DNA of 32,812 bases from Oscillospiraceae bacterium. GTDB taxonomy: Bacteria; Bacillota; Clostridia; Oscillospirales; Ruminococcaceae. A program made the translations under genes and the position numbers. The stretch spans positions 1-32,812 of the forward strand of contig JAZUIR010000053.1 in assembly GCA_045642305.1 (NCBI GenBank). The letters run 5' to 3'. This document shows positions 26,994-32,812 of the stretch, piece after piece. Each line of letters begins with the position of its first letter. The first letter of the stretch is position 1. The notes below the pieces were generated by a model. It was not told the DNA's origin, made no database searches, and saw only the letters and a list, made by a program, of their open reading frames with translations.

Positions 26994-27107
26994 CTAACCC
27001 TGCCTCTGCTTATGCTTAGGATTCTCACAAATAACCATAACCCTGCCTCTGCGTCTAATAATTTTACACTTTTCACAAAACGGTTTCACCGACGGCCTAA
27101 CCTTCAT
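26994..27107 (-). CDS. rpmJ: 50S ribosomal protein L36 (37 aa; too short for the supplied ORF track)
   Basis: Hand translation of the minus strand gives ATG (27107-27105) [37 protein letters not shown] then TAG (26996-26994). GGAGGAAGAAA lies immediately upstream. It sits between infA and rpsM, as expected. Confidence 0.93.
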   Translation of the reverse strand: MKVRPSVKPFCEKCKIIRRRGRVMVICENPKHKQRQG

Positions 27108-27152
27108 TTTCTTCCTCCATTTTAATTCAAAAATTTTAAATATTTTTTTAAT

Positions 27153-27371
27153 CTACTTAAAACGCCATACTATTCTACCTCTAGTCAAATCATACGGCGA
27201 CATCTCAACTGTGACCCTATCACCAACCAAAATTCGGATATAATGCATTCTAAGCCTGCCTGAAATGTGCGCCAGAATAATATGACCGTTTTTTAGCTCA
27301 ACCCTAAACTGGGTGCCTTGTAAAGCCTCAACAACCTTTCCTTCAACCTCAATGACATCATCCTTTGCCAT
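27153..27371 (-). CDS. infA: Translation initiation factor IF-1
   Basis: Translation is [72 protein letters not shown]. The track ORF starts at TTG 27383, but TTGGAGGTTTGT is an SD for ATG 27371. Confidence 0.93.
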   Translation of the reverse strand: MAKDDVIEVEGKVVEALQGTQFRVELKNGHIILAHISGRLRMHYIRILVGDRVTVEMSPYDLTRGRIVWRFK

Positions 27372-27389
27372 ACAAACCTCCAAAAATTA

Positions 27390-27641
27390 CTATATGTTGC
27401 CATCATAATTATAGTCGCGCAAAAATGCCCGCAATGATTTATTTGTTTTAACCTCACTCAAATTAACCTTTTTTTTCGTTATACTCACATGAACAAAATT
27501 TTTTCGCTTTGGTTTTTCCAACCTTCGCAACTTTCCATCGGCAATGTAAACCGATTTATTCTCAACATTAACAACAACATAAAACCTGCCTGCATCACGA
27601 CCTGCCATCGACTTAACAACCATTCCAGCTACTATCTCCAT
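27390..27641 (-). CDS. Small KOW-domain RNA-binding protein of unknown function (conserved map-infA spacer gene)
   Basis: Contains VAGMVVKSMAGRDAGRFYVVVNVENKSVYIADGKLRRLEKPKRKN, a KOW-like G-x-V-x-x-x-x-GRD-x-G motif followed by a basic segment. ATG 27641 has GAGGAAA 9 nt upstream. An alternative GTG at 27668 overlaps the map stop by 4 nt (GTGA). Confidence 0.7.
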   Translation of the reverse strand: MEIVAGMVVKSMAGRDAGRFYVVVNVENKSVYIADGKLRRLEKPKRKNFVHVSITKKKVNLSEVKTNKSLRAFLRDYNYDGNI

Positions 27642-27664
27642 ACTATTGCATTTCCTCAGATTTT

Positions 27665-28414
27665 TCACAACTTAGTCAAAATTTCAGGGCCATTTTCAGT
27701 AATCAAAACAGTATGTTCAAAATGCGCCGACAAACTTCCATCCGCCGTTTTAACTTCCCATTGTCCATCAGAACATGAAATATCTGGCAACCCTAAATTA
27801 ACCATAGGCTCAATTGCAAGAACCATTCCAGCAAGCAATCGAGCTCCTTTGCCAGGCAAACCATAATTTGGAATTTCAGGACTCTCATGCAAATTCTGCC
27901 CCACTCCATGCCCAACAAACTCTCTAACTATTCCATAGGAAAACAAATCAACGTAAGCTTCAATAGCATGCGATATGTCACCTACTCGATTGCCAACAAC
28001 AGCCTTTTCTATGCCGCAAAAAAGAGCTTTTTGAGTCACTTCCAGCAACCCACTTGCCTGCCGGCTCACTTCTCCAACCTTGAATGTGAAAGCATTATCG
28101 CCACTATAGCCATCAAACTTTGCTCCAACATCAACACTAACTATATCACCAGTTTTTAAAACAACCTCTTTTGACGGAACTCCATGAATTATAGTATCAT
28201 TAATCGAAATGCAACACGATGCCGGAAAACCTTCATAGTTCAAAAAACTGGGTTCTGCCCCACTACTTATAATAAACATACGAACTTTTTCGTCGATCTC
28301 CCAAGTTGAAACCCCTTCAACACACAAAGTTCCAGCCAACTGAAGCGCTTGAGCAGAAATTTTTGCCGCTTTCCTAATAACCTCAATTTCGCGATCACTT
28401 TTCAAATTAACCAT
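27665..28414 (-). CDS. map: Type I methionyl aminopeptidase
   Basis: Contains metal-ligand motifs ...VDVGAKFDGYSGDNAFTF..., FVGHGVGQNLHE, LAIEPM and FEHTVLIT. ATG at 28414. Confidence 0.93.
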   Translation of the reverse strand: MVNLKSDREIEVIRKAAKISAQALQLAGTLCVEGVSTWEIDEKVRMFIISSGAEPSFLNYEGFPASCCISINDTIIHGVPSKEVVLKTGDIVSVDVGAKFDGYSGDNAFTFKVGEVSRQASGLLEVTQKALFCGIEKAVVGNRVGDISHAIEAYVDLFSYGIVREFVGHGVGQNLHESPEIPNYGLPGKGARLLAGMVLAIEPMVNLGLPDISCSDGQWEVKTADGSLSAHFEHTVLITENGPEILTKL

Positions 28415-29076
28415 GTGGACTCACCAATAACCTTCAATATATTGCGCTTGACCTGATTTGCATCATCATCACCATCACCGCTAACACTAAAATATTTTTT
28501 CTGGTTTGAATAATAGGCAACAAGTGGCTTGGTCTGCGTCCTATAAACCTTTAAACGCTGCAAAATAGTTTCGGAAGAATCATCACTTCGTCGAATCAGC
28601 CGACCCCCACAGCAATCACAAATTCCTGCCTTTTGCGGCATCTTAAATTCTGTGTTGTAGGTTTCACCACAATTTTCACAAACCCTCCTACACGCTAAGC
28701 GCTCAACAATGGTTTTTTCACTAACCAAAATTTCAACAACCTTATCAACAACAATATTGAGCCGCTCCAAAAGCTTTGCTTGCGACAAACTACGCGGGAA
28801 CCCATCTAAAATATAGCCATTTTTGCAATCAGCCGAATCAACCCTGCTTTTTAAAACCTCTCCAATTAACACATCAGGAACTAACTCACCAGCATCAACA
28901 TAGCTTTTTATTAGTTCAACCTCCGAATTTTCAACTGAACTGGCCTTGCTGGCTCGCTCTATTTTTGCACGTAAAAGCTCTCCGGTCGAAATCGCAGGAA
29001 TTTTTAACTCTTCACTCAACAACTTCGCCTGAGTTCCCTTACCAACTCCCGGCGCACCAAACAAAACCAACTTCAT
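28402..29076 (-). CDS. adk: Adenylate kinase with Cys-rich (zinc-type) lid
   Basis: P-loop is GAPGVGKGTQ. The lid is CENCGETYN...ICDCCGGRLIRRSDD. ATG 29076 is preferred (GGGG 8 nt upstream); the track start TTG 29082 is the alternative. The 3' end overlaps the map start by 13 nt. Confidence 0.92.
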   Translation of the reverse strand: MKLVLFGAPGVGKGTQAKLLSEELKIPAISTGELLRAKIERASKASSVENSEVELIKSYVDAGELVPDVLIGEVLKSRVDSADCKNGYILDGFPRSLSQAKLLERLNIVVDKVVEILVSEKTIVERLACRRVCENCGETYNTEFKMPQKAGICDCCGGRLIRRSDDSSETILQRLKVYRTQTKPLVAYYSNQKKYFSVSGDGDDDANQVKRNILKVIGESTWLI

Positions 29077-29132
29077 AACCAAAACCCCTGAAAATATAAT
29101 TTATATTTCTTTATATTTTTAGATATTCCAGC

Positions 29133-30428
29133 TTATTCTAAAAACCCCTTATGCTTTTGCATCGTTATCTGCGAACCAATAACACGCACCGTTTCCAACG
29201 CCACCCCAACAATAATTATTATTGAAGTTCCACCAAGAGCCAAATTTTCACCTGTAAACTTAGCAAAAAATATTGGAGACACAGCAATAGTTGCCAAAAT
29301 GAAGGCTCCAAACGTCGCTATGCGCCACAATACTTTTGATATGAAACTAACCGTCGGCTTACCCGATCTTATGCCTGGAATGGAACCGTTGCTCTTAATC
29401 AGATTATTAGAAATTTCAACTGGATTATATTGCACCGAAATATAGAAATAATTAAACATAACTATTAGAATAAAATACATCAAAGCATATTTTAAAGAAT
29501 TGTTCTGAAACATGGAACAAAACTTGTAGGCAAACGAATTAGGATCAAACCGCACAAACCTGTTAATCATGTCAGGCACGCCTAAAATACAACTAGCAAA
29601 AATTATGGGCATAACCCCACTCATGCTAATTTTTATGGGAAGATAGGCACTTTGACCAGCAAACATCTTGCGCCCAACAACCCTTTTAGCATATTGAATA
29701 GGAATCTGGCGCTCACCCAAATGCATCACAACTATTACAAGAATCATTATGAAAAACACAGCAATAACCGCGGGAATATAAATCAAATACTTGCGTTCCC
29801 CACCTGCAGCCTTCTGACACATCTTAACCACACTAGCAACTGCATCGGGAACTCTAGAAACTATTCCAGCAAACAAAATTATAGATATTCCATTTCCAAG
29901 ACCATTATCACTGACACGCTCACCCAACCAAACAATTAAAACAGCTCCTGCTGTGAACGCCACCACAATTACCACAAAAGCAAAAACTCCATCCAAACCC
30001 TTAACGTAACGAATAGCACTGCTTGCACGAAGCAAAACGTAATAGCCACTTGCCTGAATAACTGCCAAAACCATGGTTAAATACCGTGTAATCTTTGTTA
30101 ACTTCTTGCGCCCAAATTCGCCTTCTTTTTGCAACTTCTCAAATTTCGGAATAGCAAAAGTTAAGAGCTGAACTATAATGGAAGAATTAATATAAGGTGA
30201 AATCGACATAGCAAAAATCGTGGCATGCTGCAATCCACCACCCGACAAAACATCCAAATAGTTCAAAAAACTTCCGCTGTCACTTATGGCTTGCTTAACA
30301 TATTCAGCATTAATAAACGGAACAGTTATCGCCGATCCAAAACGATATATTAATATTATGAAAATGGTAAACATTATTTTATCTTGCAAATCTTTAGATG
30401 AAAAAATCTTCGAAAATGTTTTCCACAT
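29133..30428 (-). CDS. secY: Preprotein translocase subunit SecY
   Basis: 10-TM protein containing ...GSAITVPFINA..., GGGLQHATIFAMSISPYINSSII and NGLGNGISIILFAGIV. Confidence 0.95.
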   Translation of the reverse strand: MWKTFSKIFSSKDLQDKIMFTIFIILIYRFGSAITVPFINAEYVKQAISDSGSFLNYLDVLSGGGLQHATIFAMSISPYINSSIIVQLLTFAIPKFEKLQKEGEFGRKKLTKITRYLTMVLAVIQASGYYVLLRASSAIRYVKGLDGVFAFVVIVVAFTAGAVLIVWLGERVSDNGLGNGISIILFAGIVSRVPDAVASVVKMCQKAAGGERKYLIYIPAVIAVFFIMILVIVVMHLGERQIPIQYAKRVVGRKMFAGQSAYLPIKISMSGVMPIIFASCILGVPDMINRFVRFDPNSFAYKFCSMFQNNSLKYALMYFILIVMFNYFYISVQYNPVEISNNLIKSNGSIPGIRSGKPTVSFISKVLWRIATFGAFILATIAVSPIFFAKFTGENLALGGTSIIIIVGVALETVRVIGSQITMQKHKGFLE

Positions 30429-30431
30429 ATA

Positions 30432-30872
30432 CTACACTACCTCTGCCTTTCCATTAGCAGCTTCAATTTTTTGTTTGGCCACCTTCGAAAACTTTGCCGC
30501 CACAACATGAAATTTTTTTGACAACTCGCCTTCTCCCAAAACCTTCAAACCATCATATTCTTTTTTTAATATGCCCGCTTCCTTCAAACTAGCAAAATCA
30601 ATCCTAGCTCCTTCATCAAAATTCAAAAAATCCCGCAAATTAACTATAGCATATTTCTTAGCAAAAATATTGTTGAAACCGCGCTTTGGAACTCGTCTTT
30701 GAAATGGCGTTTGCCCTCCTTCAAAACCTGGTCGAACTCCTCCGCCCGAACGCGCTTTCTGCCCCTTATGGCCCTTTCCAGCCGTTTTACCCCAGCCAGA
30801 ACCTGCGCCTCTTCCAATTCGTTTGCAAACCCGCTTGAAATTCGATGACACTCGCAATTCATGCAACTTCAC
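30432..30872 (-). CDS. rplO: 50S ribosomal protein L15
   Basis: GTG start. Begins MKLHEL and contains ...RIGRGAGSGWGKTAGKGHKGQKARSGGGVRPGFEGGQTP. Confidence 0.94.
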   Translation of the reverse strand: MKLHELRVSSNFKRVCKRIGRGAGSGWGKTAGKGHKGQKARSGGGVRPGFEGGQTPFQRRVPKRGFNNIFAKKYAIVNLRDFLNFDEGARIDFASLKEAGILKKEYDGLKVLGEGELSKKFHVVAAKFSKVAKQKIEAANGKAEVV

Positions 30873-30910
30873 TGTGATTGTTTCCTTTCTATTTTTTTAG
30901 TAGATAAAAA

Positions 30911-31087
30911 CTAATTAACTTCAATCATGTGCGAAACTTTGTTTATCTTTCCCATGGTTGCAGGACTATTCGGCTGTTTTGATACATCACCAATTCTACG
31001 CAAACCAAGCGATGCTAAAACCGAAATCTGCGTCTTTGTTGCCCCTATCAAACTTTTTTTTAACTTAACACTCAAAACCTTCTCCAT
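30911..31087 (-). CDS. rpmD: 50S ribosomal protein L30 (58 aa; below the ORF-track cutoff)
   Basis: Hand translation gives ATG (31087-31085) MEKVLSVKLKKSLIGATKTQISVLASLGLRRIGDVSKQPNSPATMGKINKVSHMIEVN then TAG (30913-30911). GGAGG lies 6 nt upstream. It sits between rpsE and rplO. Confidence 0.9.
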   Translation of the reverse strand: MEKVLSVKLKKSLIGATKTQISVLASLGLRRIGDVSKQPNSPATMGKINKVSHMIEVN

Positions 31088-31097
31088 AACTAACCTC

Positions 31098-31607
31098 CTA
31101 ATTCAAAACCTGATAGGGCGTTTTTCCCCTGACAGCAGCAACACCTGCCAAACTCCGCAAACTGCAAAGCCCCTCAAACGTTGCCCTAACAACATTAATT
31201 GCGTTATTACTGCGAATCGACTTAGTCCTAATATCTTTAACACCTAACAACTCAACCACTGCCCTGACAGAACCACCCGCAATCAAACCAGTTCCTTTCG
31301 GCGCCGGCTTTAAAAGAACCTTTCCTGCTCCAAACACCCCAACTATTTCATGCGGAATGGTTGTTCCTCTAAGCGCAATAGTTCGAATGTTCTTTTTGGC
31401 ATTCTCAATGCCCTTCCTAACAGCATCAGGAACCTCACTAGCCTTGCCTATTCCCATTCCTACTTTGCCCTTGCCGTTTCCAACCACAACCAATGCAGTA
31501 AATTTAAAAATCCTTCCACCCTTAACGGTTTTTGCTACCCTATTAATTGAAACAACCCTCTCTTGAAACTCAGAAGCTACTTTTTCATTCTTGCTCTTTC
31601 TGGCCAA
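31098..31607 (-). CDS. rpsE: 30S ribosomal protein S5
   Basis: TTG start at 31607. Contains ...[41 protein letters not shown]... Confidence 0.94.
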   Translation of the reverse strand: MARKSKNEKVASEFQERVVSINRVAKTVKGGRIFKFTALVVVGNGKGKVGMGIGKASEVPDAVRKGIENAKKNIRTIALRGTTIPHEIVGVFGAGKVLLKPAPKGTGLIAGGSVRAVVELLGVKDIRTKSIRSNNAINVVRATFEGLCSLRSLAGVAAVRGKTPYQVLN

Positions 31608-31628
31608 AACAAATTCCCCTATTCTTAT

Positions 31629-31976
31629 CTAAAATTTTAAACTGCTTTCACGCGCGCCTTCTGCAACGCTTGCAACCCTACCATGATATATATATCCGCC
31701 TCGATCAAAAACCACCTGACTAATACCCTTTTCCACAGCACGCTTGCCAATCAATCTTCCAACCTCTCTCGCAGCCTTCATGTTGCCTCCAGTGCCAACA
31801 GAAAAATTCTTCTCATTTGAAGACGCACTAACAAGCGTTCTTCCCGCTACATCATCAATTATTTGAGCATAAATATGTTTAGCCGACCGAAACACACTGA
31901 GCCGCGGCTTATCCGGCATTCCAAAAATCTTATTGCGAATCTTTAAATGTTTTCTACGCCTATTTTCTGAATTCAA
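31629..31976 (-). CDS. rplR: 50S ribosomal protein L18
   Basis: TTG start at 31976, with GGAGG 8 nt upstream. Contains ...[20 protein letters not shown]...[14 protein letters not shown]. Confidence 0.94.
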   Translation of the reverse strand: MNSENRRRKHLKIRNKIFGMPDKPRLSVFRSAKHIYAQIIDDVAGRTLVSASSNEKNFSVGTGGNMKAAREVGRLIGKRAVEKGISQVVFDRGGYIYHGRVASVAEGARESSLKF

Positions 31977-32011
31977 CTAAAAAACCTCCTTCCACAAAAC
32001 ACTTTAAATCT

Positions 32012-32560
32012 CTAACTCTTAGCGCCCTTACCAGCTTTTCCTGCCTTGCGTTTAATTACTTCGCCGACATATTTTATTCCCTTACCTTTGTAGGGTTCCG
32101 GTGGCCTTTTTGCCCTTATTTCAGCTGCAAACTGACCAACCTTTTGTTTATCGGGCCCCAAAACAGCTATAGAATTTTGATCTTTAACTTCTATGGTTAT
32201 TCCATCAATCTCAGGAACAACAACCTGATGAGAAAACCCCAAATTCATAACCAAATTCTTACCTTGTTTTTGAACCCTGTAGCCCACTCCATCAACCTCA
32301 AGTTCTTTCCTAAAACCTTCGGTTACGCCTTTAATCATATTATAGATAAGCGATCTAGTCAAGCCATGCAAGCTCCTATACTTTTCATCATCACTCGGCC
32401 TCTTAACAACAACAAAACCATCGGCCATTTCAACAATCATATTCGAATCAAACCGAACTTTTAAGTTGCCTTTAGGGCCTTTCGTGCTGATTTCATTACC
32501 ATTTATTTCAACATTAACGCCGTCTTCAATTTTAATCGGCTGCTTTCCAATTCGCGACAT
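32012..32560 (-). CDS. rplF: 50S ribosomal protein L6
   Basis: Begins MSRIGKQPIKIEDGVNVEINGNEISTKGPKG and contains ...GVGYRV...PEPYKGKGIKY. Confidence 0.95.
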   Translation of the reverse strand: MSRIGKQPIKIEDGVNVEINGNEISTKGPKGNLKVRFDSNMIVEMADGFVVVKRPSDDEKYRSLHGLTRSLIYNMIKGVTEGFRKELEVDGVGYRVQKQGKNLVMNLGFSHQVVVPEIDGITIEVKDQNSIAVLGPDKQKVGQFAAEIRAKRPPEPYKGKGIKYVGEVIKRKAGKAGKGAKS

Positions 32561-32578
32561 ATTAAACTCTCATCCTCC

Positions 32579-32812
32579 TCACCAAACAAACGCTAAAACT
32601 TCTCCACCAACTTTTGCCTTCCTAGCTGTTTTATCAGCCATAATGCCCTTTGAAGTTGAAACAATCGCAACTCCAAGCCCTTTCATAACTTTTGGCAAAT
32701 TTTCACAGCTACTATATTTTCTAAGGCCAGGTTTTGAAACTCTTTCAAGCCCAAGGAGCACCGGCTCTTTACCATTATTCAAATATTTTAACTGGATTTT
32801 TATTATTCCTTG
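32579..32812 (-). CDS. rpsH: 30S ribosomal protein S8, C-terminal part; 5' end lies outside the window
   Basis: The frame is open to the window edge ([33 protein letters not shown]...GGEVLAFVW). The ATG at 32782 in the track is internal. Confidence 0.92.
   Translation of the reverse strand, partial: QGIIKIQLKYLNNGKEPVLLGLERVSKPGLRKYSSCENLPKVMKGLGVAIVSTSKGIMADKTARKAKVGGEVLAFVW

Noticed and set aside
1-32812. Search for CRISPR arrays, long direct or inverted repeats, tRNA/rRNA genes, riboswitch-like leaders, toxin-antitoxin pairs or defence-system hallmarks.
   Set aside because: Visual scanning of all intergenic regions and ORF products showed nothing of the kind. Every ORF with a credible start falls into cell-wall, glycan or translation functions. 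A computational repeat, Rfam and HMM scan would be needed to exclude subtle elements.

Overview
Low-GC bacterial chromosomal segment with strong strand skew. Gene order suggests a Bacillota (Clostridia-like) organism: a PASTA-bearing class B PBP in the dcw cluster, rpsD between rpsK and rpoA, and a small KOW gene between map and infA. There are three blocks. (1) nt 1-12640, + strand: dcw cluster rsmH(partial)-ftsL-class B PBP-murE-murF-mraY-ftsW-murG-murA-ftsQ. (2) nt 12672-24004, - strand: an ABC-transporter-dependent dTDP-rhamnose polysaccharide locus. In transcription order it is GT2, GT2, rfbA, rfbD, rfbB, rfbC, wzm, wzt, a 900-aa methyltransferase/coiled-coil/GT2/GT2 fusion, and galE. (3) nt 24142-32812, - strand: the distal spc/alpha ribosomal operon rpsH(partial)-rplF-rplR-rpsE-rpmD-rplO-secY-adk-map-KOW-infA-rpmJ-rpsM-rpsK-rpsD-rpoA-rplQ. 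rpmJ and rpmD are absent from the ORF track and were found by hand translation. I saw no rRNA, tRNA, CRISPR, transposase, integrase, phage or recognisable defence genes. I also found no convincing evidence for a wholly new system; most of the window is core housekeeping. The points most worth a second look are the fused terminator/ruler/polymerase-like glycosyltransferase with its minimal Wzt, the placement of the glycan locus directly downstream of rplQ, the uniform A+C richness of the + strand regardless of gene orientation (which puts the dcw cluster on the apparent lagging strand), an unusually high share of TTG starts, a dcw cluster lacking murD/murC/ddl/ftsA/ftsZ, and several oversized untranslated spacers inside operons. 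All product calls rest on motifs read by eye in the translations and on synteny. No database search was possible.
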